Positions 29,356 through 43,275 of a DNA stretch of 64,000 nucleotides are shown one piece after another. A program made the position numbers and the translations under genes. Each line of letters begins with the position of its first letter. Position 1 is the first letter of the stretch. The DNA is taken from contig OZ024742.1 of the NCBI GenBank assembly GCA_964016885.1, positions 324,508,001-324,572,000 of the forward strand. Reading direction: 5' to 3'. The notes under the pieces were generated by a model. The model did no database searches and was not told the DNA's origin. It saw nothing but the letters and a program-made list of their open reading frames with translations. This stretch comes from Eledone cirrhosa (lineage: Eukaryota).

Positions 29356-30550
29356 CAGATTATTTGATGTAAATGATTTGATTCCCTTTGATTAGAGATT
29401 TTACCGATTTATTCAGAAAATTAAATAATGTGAATAATGAATACAAGTTTAAACTGATGATATTCATATTTGTCCTTATATCATATACAGTGTAGCATGA
29501 GGATTTTAATGTACATATATTTAAAGTGCGAAAATTTTGACATACAAAACTTGTAATCCTTTGCAAAACTGAAAAATGTTTCAATAACAGTCCTTGATGA
29601 TAATGAATTTGAGATTGGTGATGACGAAATTTAAAAGAACTCCTAAAATGTTTGCTATTTTTTAAAGAGCAAAACGTGTAGTTTGCTGTTTAAAAATAAA
29701 TTCTCGATACAACCCAAACCCAGCAAGTATTACACTCACACCTGTGCGACTTCTTATGGAATAGAACTATAATATCCAAGACACTCTACTGTTAGAAACT
29801 GCGGCAAAATCAAACACACATTACACACTTGCTTCTTAAAAACGCAAGAATTCGTAGAATAATATAGTTCAAGATATACTATACACGTAAAACAGAAGAA
29901 GGGTTGGAATTCTTTTGATAGTAAATCTGAAAAACTACAACTTTGCCAGGTGACAAGTATGTTGATTAACGTATCAATATAATGGATTTCTAAGTGTCGA
30001 ATTTCTCAAATCGTTTATCATTCAGTTCAATAAGAGAGAATTGTACCTCATTTACATTTTGTCACCTCTGTTCACCGAGCATTGTATACAGTTCTGACAT
30101 AATCTTTCCTACGAGGATTCAGAATGAATTATTTATTATTCGAGCCTGTGGCTGCATATAATCATTGGGGTATTGAGTTTTCTCTTTTATATTCATACAT
30201 CAGCAGAATGGTGGTAATCTCACGAAATATCATTAAACGGCTATTCATAAATACGATAATAACTTTATGGATAGTGGATAGTAATGCTATAAGTTTATAT
30301 ATATATATATATATACAAAAGGTTATGAAACGAAAGGAGCTGTGTGGTTACTAAAAACAAGGTTTAGGATGATAGTTAGGACGGAACAGGAGGAGAAAAG
30401 AAGAAAGGAGTTTCCATCGTCAGCTGTAAATGTATCCCGAACCGATGTTTCGGCGCTGAATTACAGGACATCGGTGTAGTTCGGGTGCGCCCGAGGCCTT
30501 TTATTAATCAAAAGGCCAAGTGGAAAAGGAATATATATATATATATATAT

Positions 30551-30756
30551 AGGAAAAAAGTATGACCCCGATGGCAGAGCTCAAGCCGTTTCGACGGCTA
30601 TTTCTGGACTCAGAATGCGTCCAGAAATAGCCGTCGAAACGGCTTGAGCTCTGCCATCGGGGTCATACTTTTTTCCTATTTCCCACTCTACTACCCTAAG
30701 TATTGAGTACTCAGGTGCGTTATGGTCCATCTGGTTCCTTACCACAATTCCTTTGT

Positions 30757-30760
<4 letters not shown>
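30551..30760 (+). repeat. Family B fold-back insert in (TA)n
   Basis: ~60-bp inverted arms (GAGCTCAAGCCGTTTCGACGGCTA...TAGCCGTCGAAACGGCTTGAGCTC) plus an extended right arm. Confidence 0.85.
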
Positions 30761-30788
<28 letters not shown>

Positions 30789-30869
30789 GTGAAAAATGGA
30801 ACGGGAACAAAACAGAGAGGCAGTACGAACAAAGGTTTATTAGTTTCACGTTCTTGAGAGTATATATAT

Positions 30870-30974
<105 letters not shown>

Positions 30975-31141
30975 AATTAATATCTAGTAACATATATATA
31001 CATACAGATGCATATCAATGCTAGCAAATATATAGGTTTTGTCTTAGTAACTTTGTGGTTCAATGCATGGGGTTGCAGAACAATAATATGAGAGACGTAA
31101 AATAAGAAAATTACAAAATTAACTTACTTACTAAAATATCA

Positions 31142-31221
31142 CTTCCAACTGATTAGTTTCTGGAATGGAATAAATATATTTTCCGAAGAAAACAAAGAGA
31201 ATCATTCCGTCGTCAGGGAAG
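31142..31221 (-). ncRNA. Type I hammerhead, family A
   Basis: CTTCC-CTGACGA-cGGAATG...CATTCCa-GAAA-CTAATCAG-TT-GGAAG. Confidence 0.75.
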
Positions 31222-31463
31222 ACTATTCTCATCTAAGAATCCAGGCAAAGCGTGGACTCTGGAAACGTATTAAAAAATAATTCAGTGGATAGAAAATAGC
31301 AAAGCGTGGACTGAATTCCTAGCCATTGAGAAAATCACTGCCTCTGCGTCGGTGGCAAATTCAAAAAGAATCAATCACGTGACATCGAGGTCAATCAGTG
31401 GAAAGTGGTTTGCTAATAAGACAGCGGCCTGCCTGCTTGCCTGGATACTTAGATGAGAATAGT

Positions 31464-31543
31464 CTTCCCTGACGACGGAATGATTCTCAATGTTTTCTTC
31501 GGAAAATATATTTATTCCATTCCAGAAACTAATTAGTTGGAAG
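31464..31543 (+). ncRNA. Type I hammerhead, family A
   Basis: CTTCC-CTGACGA-cGGAATG...(TTTTC-TTCG-GAAAA)...CATTCCa-GAAA-CTAATTAG-TT-GGAAG. Confidence 0.85.
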
Positions 31544-31985
31544 TGATATTTTAGTAAGTAAGTTAATTTTATAATTTTCTTATTTTACGTCTCTCATATT
31601 ATTGTTCTGCAACCCCATGCATTGAACCACAAAGTTACTAAGACAAAACCTATATATTTGCTAGCATTGATATGCATCTGTATGTATATATATGTTACTA
31701 GATATTAATTCTTTATAATTATCTCCAAATTATTTGTCGAGCAATATTGGCCATGACTGCTGCTATGGTAGCAGGCAGGCCGCTGTCTTATTAGCAAACC
31801 ACTTTCCACTGATTGACCTCGATGTCACGTGATTGATTCTTTTTGAATTTGCCACCGACGCAGAGGCAGTGATTTTCTCAATGGCTAGGAATTCAGTCCA
31901 CGCTTTGCTATTTTCTATCCACTGAATTATTTTTTAATAAGTTTCCAGAGTCCACGCTTTGCCTGGATACTTAGATGAGAATAGT

Positions 31986-32065
31986 CTTCCCTGACGACGG
32001 AATGATTCTCCGTGTTTTCTTCGGAAAATATATTTATTCCATTCCAGAAACTAATTAGTTGGAAG
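31986..32065 (+). ncRNA. Type I hammerhead, family A
   Basis: Same motif as 31464-31543, 522 nt downstream. Confidence 0.85.
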
Positions 32066-32106
32066 TGATATTTTAGTAAGTAAGTTAATTTTAGTAAGTA
32101 AGTATA

Positions 32107-32141
<35 letters not shown>

Positions 32142-32623
32142 ATATATATATACATACATTCATATATGTATGTATGTATGTGTATATATATATATATATA
32201 TATATGTGTATATATATATGTATATGTATCCTTCTTCTCTCCCCTTCTACCTACCTATTTCGCTACTTTCTACTCTCACCCCTCTTTCTTCCCCTCCCCT
32301 TTTCCCGATCTACTCTTACCTCACTTTCTTCCTCTCCCTTTCTCCCCCTCCTCACTTGCACCTCCTCGCCTGACCGTTTAGCTGTTCTCTTCTCACTTAC
32401 AACTGCGGCGATCGGACGTATGTCTCTTTCCTCTCGACCACTCAGTCTTGAACTTAAGTTCTCTTATCGAGTAGTCTTGGATTTCCTACCTATAGTTGCT
32501 CGCACATTGCTCGGTTTGTTGTTTTTTTTTCGCTGTTTTGTTACTGTTTTCTCTTTTCTTCCCCTTTATTCCCACTGCATTTTAAGTTACCTTAAATAGC
32601 AACTATACAGCCATTTCTATTCT

Positions 32624-32697
<74 letters not shown>

Positions 32698-33535
32698 TAT
32701 TTATCGTGATAATGGGGTTTTCCAATATAGATCTTGGTAAAGATAGGTGAAGATCGAGTTTCTGTGGGCAGTAATTCGAAATCGGCTGAGGATTCTCCCA
32801 GCTGTTGGTGATTCTGTTGTAGACTGTTAGGATACCGACTACAGAGCTCAAAACCTAGTAATAGAGAGAAGAACAAAGTTATACTTAAAACGTATCTGTA
32901 TTTTACCTATGTTTTAATGTAGAACGGTGGGTAATATCACAATAAATGCGAGGTGTTTGTCCATTGTTCTACATATCTTCAGGAGTTTAGATATTGTTTG
33001 GATTGTCAACTTTATTACATACATAAGATAACTCCATACAACGTATGAGGTTCATACCATACCAATTCCAGCCCACCCATACATATTCTTATGACGCAAC
33101 ATATTTCTATAACAATTACTAAGTGACTCCTTTGACTCAAGTATTTGAATTAAATCCACTGAATTCCTTTAACTATATGTAGAGGTATACAAAGTCTTTC
33201 TCACCCAAATGTAGGTAAAGTTATTAAGCCTTATAGGCTCTTGGGCACATTGTTATTGAGAATCTCCAGCCAACTTACAATTTGAAAATATGCATTGGCT
33301 GAGATCGTGATTAAACACCGAATGTTGAAGATTAGGACGTTTATTCAGATACCACCTAAAAAGAACGTACACCGCCCAAAATCGATGTTTAGTCTAATAT
33401 AGCTCCTACGTTTTATTTGAAAAAACACGTTATACATTCAAATAATGTATCTTTGGGTGTTGACATTTTATAAGTATATTATACTTGTATTTGACTTGTA
33501 TTTCATTAGCTGTGACAGTTGGCAGGTGAACAGTG

Positions 33536-33584
33536 AGCTGCACTGATGAAGGGTAATCACCCAGAAACATTAGTGTCTGGAGTT
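33536..33584 (+). ncRNA. Type I hammerhead, singleton family
   Basis: AGCTGCA-CTGATGA-aGGGT(aatc)ACCCa-GAAA-CATTAGTG-TC-TGGAGTT; one stem I mismatch; GUC site; ~140 nt upstream of (TA)n. Confidence 0.75.
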
Positions 33585-33716
33585 CTGTTTACATGCCAAC
33601 ACAAGAACAAGAATGAGGAGCTCATTCTACTGACATGGCTTAAAAAGAGGGTTGTTTGCATAATTGCAAACGAATCGAATATTATTATTAATATTCGAAA
33701 AATTTAGATTACATTT

Positions 33717-33773
<57 letters not shown>

Positions 33774-34621
33774 CATAAAAGTGCGTGTTTGGGATTATGC
33801 ATCGGAAGCGGAAAAATGAGACTCGCGACGGAAGGGAGTCTCAATTTGAATTAAATGAATAAATTCTACTACATATACCGAGAAGCTTTCAGTATTACTC
33901 TTTGGGAAACGTGTTTTTCCTCACCGCGTTATTGTGTCTAGTTAGCCTTTTAATGTTCTTTGCATTAGAAGTGTTAACACTAGCTTATCTTTGGTTTTGT
34001 TTCTGCAGTAGTGTCTCTGAGTAAATTTCTACTCAGAACAATATATATAATCCGCGGTTATTTCTGACTCACCTTTCCATATGTTGCTTGGACCAAGTAT
34101 AGAGTTGTATCAGGGAAGTTAGATAGTATTTGGTATGCTAAACGACTTTACGACATGCCATTAAGACGAGGTCTTTTGCCGACAGAAGCAAAAAGACATG
34201 AATGTTACTTTTATGGCTAGAATAAATAATGTTCTGATGTTGCCTATTGTCATTTGATACTGATATTATAATCTATTACATGTTCAACTTACAAAAGGAT
34301 AGTATATGAAATTCAGTTAGTTCAAAGACAAAGTTCAAATACTAAAGTTTAGGAATCAATGGGAATGATTATTATTATTCTCGCTGTCAGAACATTAAAT
34401 GGTTGCATTAGAAGTAAAAGGCTGTATAAGAATTAACGATTTGTAGTTTTCAGTTACTTACATACATACACACATGAATACATACATACATACATACATG
34501 TACACACACACACACACACACACACGTAGATTCATACATATATACATACATACATACATACATACAAGGATACATAAATACACACATAAATACACACATA
34601 CCTATATACATACATACATAC

Positions 34622-35228
34622 ATGGTGGCTGCCAACTCGTTTTCGAGTACGGCCACTACTTTATATCCATGTAGGAGAACCCCTACCGATGCGCTGAACG
34701 AGTGACTTTTTAGTCCAGCCAGCGACTTGAAAACTCTGGTACAAACACTACACTTGTGACAATTATTGACACATAGTGCTTTGCCTTTGGTACCATGTGA
34801 CGACAAGTGCAGAGAGATCTCCAGATACAAAGCAATGCCTGTGCCGTGAAGCTTTTATAGTGAGCAAAGGCACTGCACAAAGCCAGTCCCACTCTCTTAA
34901 CCAAGATGATATTTACCAAAAAGAAGAACAAGTCAACATCATTGGATACCATCAGGGTTGCAGGTGTTATATCAGAGTTTTCCTTCTCCTAGAATTCTGC
35001 TTTGACAAAGGCTAAGGGGTCATCTCTCCCACTGATTTTGGATGGCCATTGACTCTTAAGAGCTCCTTTGCCCTTTGACAGGTTTTGTTTTTAGTCCTGC
35101 AGGATGTCCAAAGTCACCCTCCTCACCAAGAAACCTTGGTGGGGTTGCCAGTTTAGTCGCCAACGACCCGACCATGAGACAGGTTGTACTGGGATACATG
35201 TTACCAGTAGCACCAAGTGGTGACCTGA
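34622..35228 (-). mobile_element. RTE/BovB-like internally deleted element within (CATA)n
   Basis: C-terminal CSVCTRVFKSLAGLKSH zinc-finger-like tail plus a GC-richer 5' segment; CATA repeats on both sides. Confidence 0.55.
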
Positions 35229-35539
35229 CATACATACATACATACATACATACATACATACATACATACATACATACATACATACAAGGATACACGCATA
35301 CATACATTCATACATACATATATAGATACATACATATATAGATACGTACATGAATACATACATACACAATATTTTGGAATTGTTTACAATGCTTCGCAGA
35401 GGAAATAGAATAATTCAAAGTTTTGTCGAAGATTTTCGATAAATTACAATGACTTTTTTAATTAAAATTTTGGCTCTTCATTCTACCAAAGTTATTGATT
35501 CTTATTTGAGTTTGCCATCGCACAACGGGAAATAATAGA

Positions 35540-36230
35540 TATAGACTACATTCCAAATCTTTCGCAGGTAAAATCATTTAACAAACATATAATTAGTCAA
35601 GGGTGGAAACATTTTGGGAAGAATCTAGAGATAAGCTCACAAATTTCAACCACTCACTTTCTCAACCAGATTTGACAACATTCAAAACTTATCGATTATT
35701 GAGGAATGCATATAAAAAAAAGACTATGCAAGCTTCGAATTGGACATATACCTTTGAACTATATTCTATCAAGAACAGGTCGTAGAGATTCACCTCTATG
35801 TTCTTGTGGTGACTCTCCAGAAACTATTTGGCACTATTTGTTCCAATGTAGAAACTATCAGTCTGAGAGAGAGGCTACGTTGAAACCATTCTTTAAAAAA
35901 CTACCTGGATTGGAAGTTCAATATATCTACCGAATATTAACAAAATCTTTGGCTACATGGAAGCTACGAAAAGTTTCAACAACAGAAACTTCTGTTTTAC
36001 AGCTTCCTTTGTTTCCTAGTTTCCTTTTCTTTTTCGTTTTCTTATGCATAATCTGCTTCTCATTGGCCTTCCATATTTGAAATTTTTTATTTTATTTCAT
36101 TCTTTTCCCCTTTAATTTTTTTATTACTTGTCTCACTAGCTCTTTTTGATTATCAAACGTAAGGAGTACTCGATAATTCTGTCATAGCTTACTAGCTCTA
36201 TATGGACGTTTAAGTACATAAAAACAACAA
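35540..36230 (+). mobile_element. I/Nimb/R1-like LINE 3' fragment
   Basis: CKLRIGHIPLNYILSRTGRRDSPLCSCGDSPETIWHYLFQC zinc-knuckle tail, T-rich 3' UTR and AAAAACAACAA end. Confidence 0.7.
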
Positions 36231-36737
36231 ATTTGTTGAATTTATAATTATAATACCTGAGAAAACAATGGATGGCAAAATCGGCACATGAGTTGATTTA
36301 ATTGATTGTAAACAATTTCAGTATGGTTGCAGCTGGGTACAGCATGTGAAAATATTATTTCCAAAGAAACAGTCTTCCAGGCTGTGGATTTTACTGCTTC
36401 GAATCGGCTCAACTCACTTTGGATGTTCGCTGATACATATACAAATAGAAAAAGATTACAGAGTTTTGACTGTTAGAAATAGGCATCAATTAATATTCTA
36501 TGCGTTTCTCCCAGCTAACACATGGGTTAGGTCTGCATGCTGCAGGCTGCATGATATAGGCTTCATACTCACCATGGTAATCTTTTTGGCACAATGTTTA
36601 ACAGCCGTATGTTTTCCCTGGGGGAAACCCTTTTAGTAGAGTCATACAATACGCAGGAATACTGTGTACTTATTTTCGAGAGACAATGCATCTGTGTTGT
36701 TTAAAACTAAACCTCTTTCACAATAGCCTGTCAACAA

Positions 36738-36824
<87 letters not shown>

Positions 36825-36829
<5 letters not shown>

Positions 36830-37452
36830 CGTAAAATAAGAAAATATTTTTTTAAAAATTTTTTAAAAATTTTTTACTTACTTAAATTTTCACTCCAACT
36901 AATTAGTTTCTGCAATGGGATAAAGACAGTTACGTAATCCAACTGTCGAGAATTCATTGCGTCATCAGGGAGTCTATTCTCAGCTGAGTCTCCAGGCAAT
37001 GCGCGGACACTGGCGGCTCATATAAAAATAATAATAATTCGGTAGATAGAACAGCTGGCGAGGACTGGATTCTATGTACTGAAATTCTCACTGCTTCTAG
37101 TCAAATGGCCGATTCTAAAGAATCAATCACGTGACACAGAGGCTAGTTAGTAGGAATGGGATGGTAAGATGACTGACGCCTACTAACACCCCCCAAAAAA
37201 ATTTAGAAGTGGTTTTGGCAGGTTTGCTCGACAAATCAGTGATTTGGAGATAAATATAGATAATTTAATATATCAACTAACATAAGCGCACAGATGCACG
37301 TCCATGCCAGCAAATACACAGGTTATGTCATAGTACCTAGGTGGTTCAATGCAGGAGGATGCAGAACAATAATATAAAAGACGTAAAATAAGAAAGTATT
37401 TAAAAAAAAATTTTTTTAAATTTTTTGACTTACTTAAATTTACTTACTTAAA
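36825..37452 (-). mobile_element. Family A divergent copy, ~1.1 units of 552 bp
   Basis: GACGTAAAATAAGAAA repeated at 36828 and 37380; homologous to the 31-kb copy; starts at (TA)n. Confidence 0.85.
36892..36973 (-). ncRNA. Type I hammerhead, family A (divergent)
   Basis: ACTCC-CTGATGA-cGCAATG...(GACAGTT..AACTGTC)...CATTGCa-GAAA-CTAATTAG-TT-GGAGT; compensatory changes relative to the 31-kb copies. Confidence 0.88.
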
Positions 37453-37614
37453 TATATATATATACAGTATTTTCCGTTGTGTTGTAATATAAATATTACA
37501 CACAGTAGATTATCAGCTCACGTAGAGTTTGCTCGACGGTTCCAGTTGTAGTTCCAAAAGTAATCCGGAGAAAAATAGAAAGATTTGAATGGATACAGTT
37601 TAGTTGAAAGGAAT

Positions 37615-37734
37615 TTATTGACACGTGTTTCTATAACAGTTACATAACCTAAAACAGCTGCTATCTACAAACTTTTGGTTATGCAGACATTCAATATTTC
37701 AATGTTATTATTTACTGTCATTTCATCAGAATAA
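37615..37734 (-). ncRNA. Type I hammerhead in the inverted pseudo-LTR
   Basis: Reverse complement of 40760-40879. Confidence 0.8.
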
Positions 37735-37912
37735 TATTACTGAGGACCTATTTAGTTTTTATAGAGAATATTAGGAGGGAGGGGTGAAGTTGTTAGAAGA
37801 ATAGTTGAAGGAGTGGTTTTTCGATAGCAGTGAGAATTCTTGGTGGCAGTGAGTAATTAGATTCCCATCTGTTGTTTTGACATTTTTTATAGAATATATT
37901 ATTGGTTATTTT

Positions 37913-39851
37913 ATGGATTGCACTACATACAACAACTTCATTCGAAAAGAATTACATAAAAAATATAGAAAAACGAGTGAAGTAACCCTTAAGCACATCA
38001 ATGATGAGGCATGCGAAATAGTGAAAAATCTCGGAATCGAAGATAGGACAGGACCACTCTTACCGGCGGTACCCACCTTCAATCTTAAGGACCACAAGGT
38101 AAACTTTGATAATAACCCTAAAATTAGATTAATCTGCCCCTCTAAATCAGATATAGGTAAAATAAGCAAATATATCTTAGATAGAATCATCCCCCAAATT
38201 AAGGCTAAGGTTAACATTAAACTCTGGGGGAAGACCCAAGAAGCAATAAGATGGTTTAATAGCATTAGCAATAAGAATAAATCTAAGTTTATCCAGTTTG
38301 ATATCGATGAATATTACTCATCGATATCACCTGAAACTTTGAATAGAGCCATTAAGTTTGCTAAGGATAACTCTGACCTTACAAACGATGAAATTAAGAT
38401 TATATTAGAAGCTAGGAAAACTATAGTCAAATTTGAGAACAGTTATTGGGTACGTAAAGATAGACCCTCTAACTTTGACATAACAATGGGCTCTAACGAT
38501 TCGGCGGAAATAACTGATATTGTGGGGTTATTTATCGCCTTTAGACTCCAGGAAAAATTCAGCAATCTCCACGGCGGAATATACCGCGACGATGTTCTCC
38601 TCCTAGCTAAAAACCTTAATAACCAAAAACTAGAAAAACTACGCAAAGATATAAGAAAACTACTACTCGAAATAGGACTAACTATAACATATGAATACAA
38701 CCTTAAAGTAGTTAACTTCCTGGATGTCACACTCAATTTAAACTCTGATTTGATTAAACCGTTTCATAAATTGAATGAAAATCTCAAATACGTAAATGTT
38801 GGGTCTAACCACCCCATCTCTATAATTAAATCTATCCCTAAAAATATTTCCCTTAGAATCTCGGGTCTATCTTCTAACATACAAGTATTTAAGGAACACG
38901 CCGAGTACTACGATAACGCCCTTAGTAAAGCAGGCTACCTCAACAAAATAGAGTACATAGATGGGAACAATCAAAACACCCAAAATAAATCCCACATAGG
39001 TAGATATAATAACACAACACCAAACCACACTTACTACCATAGTATGCACACCAGTAAACCAACAAACAAAACTAATAGAAAGCGATGCAAAGAGTACTTA
39101 TGGTATAACCCCGAATACAATAGTTCCATTAGTACAAATTTACCAGTACTCTTCTTTAAAATAATTAAAAGACATTTTCCCACATCACACAAATACCACA
39201 AAATCCTAAACCCTACCACTATAAGACTGTCATACTCTACAGCGTTAAACCTTGAACAACACATAAAAAAGATCAATACTAGAAGGTTAAACGAAAACAC
39301 TAAGAACTTAAGTACAAAGAACACAAAAAAAAACAGTAGACAATACACTACAGAACATAAATAAACCACACCTAAGTTCGTCCGCAATACTACTCCAGAG
39401 AAAACCCAACGTACACAACTGTAACTGCACCTATCCTGACAACTGCCCCCTCGGCAATAACTGCCTGGAAAAAAATATTATTTATAAGTGTACCATTAAA
39501 TCCGGAAGCAACGAGTGGTATTACGTGGGATCAACGGCAACATCGTTTAAATCTCGATTGTATAGGCATTCTTACTCAATAAAACACCAGAGCCAAAGAA
39601 ATGTAACAACTTTAGCAGAAAAAGCTTGGACGCTCAGGGATAGCGATCAAAAGTTTACCCTAAAATGGGAAAAATTAGCTAAAACCCAAAGCTTTTCCAG
39701 GAGCCAAAATTTCTGCAAATTGTGTAATCTTGAGATTTATTACATAATCACACACAAGAAGAAACTGCTGAATAACAGAATTGAACGAACATTATTCTGC
39801 CGCCACAGAACTAAAACCCTTTTTTCCCACTACAAGCCGAATATTACATAA
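37913..39851 (+). pseudogene. Penelope-like RT/GIY-YIG protein, N-truncated, one frameshift near the A-run at ~39330
   Basis: LKDHK, RLICP, QFDIDEYYSSI, ITMGSNDSAEI, YRDD, FLDVTL, SNHP, WYNPEY; then in another frame CNCTYPDNCPLGNNC-LEKNIIY...YYVGSTATSFKSRLYRH...CKLC...CRH. Confidence 0.92.
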
Positions 39852-40118
39852 AAGAGGGACATCCCCCAACTATATAAACCTTAATCTAGTTAGAAAAATA
39901 TAAAAACAATCTCTTCTCAACATATATTAATAACCTTAAATTACCACACTAATAATGGAAAGATATGCTGATGAGAATAGGTACAAATATGCGATAATGA
40001 ATGTGTCTAAAAACGTCCATAAGTATGTATATATATGTGAAAATGTATATAAATAAGTAAATATATATATATGTTTGATGTGTATAGTTAGATGTAAGTG
40101 TATTCATGTATTAAAGTG

Positions 40119-40205
<87 letters not shown>

Positions 40206-40759
40206 GTATGTATATATGTGTATATGGATGTGTATGTGTGTACACATGGACTAGAGTATGTATGTATATATGTGTGTGTCTATACGTGTGTATATAAAGA
40301 TAAGTTGAGTATGAAAATGTATACACATGAGCGCGTATGTATGTACATGAATACATGTGTGTATATATATGTGTATGCATGTGTATATATATGTAAGTAT
40401 GAATATGTGAATTGTGAGTATATGTATTTTGTAGAGGTGTGCAAATATATTTGTGTGTGAATGCGTGGGTGAAAGGATACGTACACTTGAAAGAAAAATT
40501 TAAGTCTGAATGTTAATTAAGTGCAAACACAAAACCAACCACGCATATCTTTACTATCTCTAATCCTTCTATAGATTTAGAAAAATAACCAATAATATAT
40601 TCTATAAAAAATGTCAAAACAACAGATGGGAATCTAATTACTCACTGCCACCAAGAATTCTCACTGCTATCGAAAAACCACTCCTTCAACTATTCTTCTA
40701 ACAACTTCACCCCTCCCTCCTAATATTCTCTATAAAAACTAAATAGGTCCTCAGTAATA

Positions 40760-40879
40760 TTATTCTGATGAAATGACAGTAAATAATAACATTGAAATAT
40801 TGAATGTCTGCATAACTAAAAGTTTGTAGATAGCAGCTGTTTTAGGTTATGTAACTGTTATAGAAACACGTGTCAATAA
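40760..40879 (+). ncRNA. Type I hammerhead with ~90-nt branched stem II in the Penelope 3' pseudo-LTR
   Basis: TTATT-CTGATGA-aATGACAGT...ACTGTTATa-GAAA-CACGTG-TC-AATAA; ACACGTGT palindrome; GUC at 40872-40874. Confidence 0.82.
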
Positions 40880-41024
40880 ATTCCTTTCAACTAAACTGTA
40901 TCCATTCAAATCTTTCTATATATATATATATATATATATATATGGATGCAGCTACCATTCAAATACATTTAGTGGATGAACAACAACAACAACAAAAACA
41001 GCAATATCAACGACAATAATAATA

Positions 41025-41232
41025 AGTATTTCTACTATAGGCAATTTCTGAGGAGGGGAAAGTCAATTAAATCGACCCCAGTGCATTACTGGTACTTTAT
41101 TTTATCGACCCCGTAAGGATGAAAGGCAAAGCTAACCTCGATGGGATTTTAACTCAGAATGCAAAGCGCCATAACTCTATGCCCTGAAGCTTGTTGTCTG
41201 ACGCTCTACCGATTCTGCCAACTCACCGCCCT
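41025..41232 (-). mobile_element. tRNA-derived SINE (family 2), near full length
   Basis: Same core as the 28369 copy; ends CGATTCTGCCAACTCACCGCC (5' head on the minus strand). Confidence 0.88.
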
Positions 41233-42046
41233 AATAATAATAATGTTTGATGAAAACGGATTTTTACTCTGACTTACGAGACTAAATTAAAATATGTTCT
41301 CTTCTCTCTGTTTGTATTTTTACATATTGATATTCAAATTATCGGAAGTAACATTTACTACCGCTTTTTATCATATATTTCTTTTCGATTCTGTTCGTCA
41401 ATTTTTCCATCGTTCTTATCTTTCTCTATCAATATATTATTCATATTCCTCGCGATATACGTATATAGTCAGCAGCCAGCTTTCTATTGATCGTATGGGT
41501 TTTATTAGTATTGGAGGGTTGAACATTATTGGCCTATTTTTGTCAACTCGAGTTGCCCTAAGTGTCTTTGTTATAATTTTCAAAATATGAGCAAACTTTT
41601 GGTTGTGGTCATCTAGCACAAGTTAATTTAAACTTGACAGAATTACTGTTTTTCTTAGTTGACTTTTACATGCCATTACACCATTGAATACATATCTAGA
41701 GGCTGTTTTTAATCTAGACAGAGGAAAAATACTCACAAGAACATCAGCAATAAAAAAAACACACACACACAGCAAATACGAGACTAAGAACAACAACAAA
41801 CAGAATCAATCTCTGTTGTTAGTTATTCATATTCTTTGCAATTCGAAAATACATTTCCATTGCGGTTACCAGAAAAAAAGCTAATACATTTACAGCTATT
41901 TTATAGCAAACTATAAATACATAAATACATACATAAAACAAACATACACACGTACATACATACACACACGCACACACGCATAAATAAATAAATATATATA
42001 TATATACATATATATATGCGTGTGCGTATGTGTGTAGGTGAATACA

Positions 42047-42136
<90 letters not shown>

Positions 42137-42224
42137 TATATATATATAAATATACAGCTATATACATTATATATATATGTATATATAATGTATATTTATA
42201 TATAAATGTATATATCTATATAAA

Positions 42225-42260
<36 letters not shown>

Positions 42261-42336
42261 AATGTGTATATATAAATGTGTATGTATGTATGAATATATA
42301 TATATATATAAATGTGTATATATAAATGTGTATGTA

Positions 42337-42429
<93 letters not shown>

Positions 42430-42844
42430 TAGATATATGATATATATATATATATATAAAAATAATATGAGATGGAAATAACAAATGTAATAATATAAAA
42501 CGTAACGCTATAAATGTATCATATAAAACAACATATAAAGAAACCATATATAACGAAACATTTGATTAAAATCAAACTGAGAGGTTAGACGTTTGGCATT
42601 AAAAACAACCAAGCAACCAGTTGGAGATAATTACAGGGCCCTGATCTCAGTCAGTATAGTATTGTATAGACTTGTGTTCTTCTTTGTTTGAGTTGTCAAC
42701 AGCTTGATATATAAGTTAGTGGTTGGTTGACTAGTATATTTCATACTGCAATACATACATACGTACATACGTACGTATGTACATACATACATACGTACAT
42801 GTGTACATACATATATATATATGTATACATAAATATGTATATAT

Positions 42845-42957
<113 letters not shown>

Positions 42958-43171
42958 CATACATACGTATATGCATATAAACACACACAAACGTATATAT
43001 ATATATAATTAGAATTTAGTTTCGAGCATAGCTGTATACAGATATGTATTGGAATTTCGTATTTCTAAAGAAATACAGTATGTTTATAAATAAACATTTA
43101 AAAAGCCGTAGCTATGCAACATCACCGGCGGCTATCACAGCCGGGCAGTGTCCAGCAGAAACAAGGGGGAT

Positions 43172-43217
43172 AATCGTCGATGCATTTCGAACTGAACTGG
43201 TTCTCATCAGGACGATC
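43172..43217 (-). ncRNA. Type I hammerhead, canonical core, singleton family
   Basis: GATCGTC-CTGATGA-GAAC(cagttca)GTTC-GAAA-TGCA-TC-GACGATT; ATGCAT palindrome; AUC site; lies in a ~270-bp insert between (TA)n and (CA)n. Confidence 0.9.
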
Positions 43218-43275
43218 CCTCCTTCTCTTGCAACTGTTGGACTTGAAAACAGCCGAGAATATATAGTTTTCTCGT

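Larger units (their letters stand above)
37575..40919 (+). mobile_element. Penelope-like element (RT + C-terminal GIY-YIG), 5'-truncated, with inverted pseudo-LTRs
   Basis: ~338-bp inverted repeats at 37575-37912 and 40582-40919; RT and GIY-YIG coding region between them; 3' end abuts (TA)n. Confidence 0.92.

Noticed and set aside
30316-30530. TA-flanked insert with CTGACGA-tg-GAAAC on the minus strand and hairpins
   Set aside because: No stem II and no convincing stem I/III; probably a mobile fragment, but a ribozyme is not supportable.
36567-36580. ACCATG|GTGAGT on the minus strand (possible ATG-only first exon)
   Set aside because: Isolated motif with no downstream exon or promoter identifiable.
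37877-37912. Start codon given in the track for the 495-aa ORF
   Set aside because: It lies within the inverted pseudo-LTR; the real ORF is 5'-truncated at ~37913.
37913-39851. Selenocysteine-type (Naiad-like) PLE
   Set aside because: The endonuclease is C-terminal, and the break is a frameshift ending in TAA rather than in-frame TGA codons.
39968-39974. CTGATGA in the Penelope 3' UTR
   Set aside because: No suitably placed GAAA or stems.
40765-40806. Compact hammerhead using the nearer GAAA at 40794
   Set aside because: It needs either loss of C3 or a UUG cleavage site; the distal GAAACACGTGTC-AATAA gives a complete stem I, 8-bp stem II and GUC.
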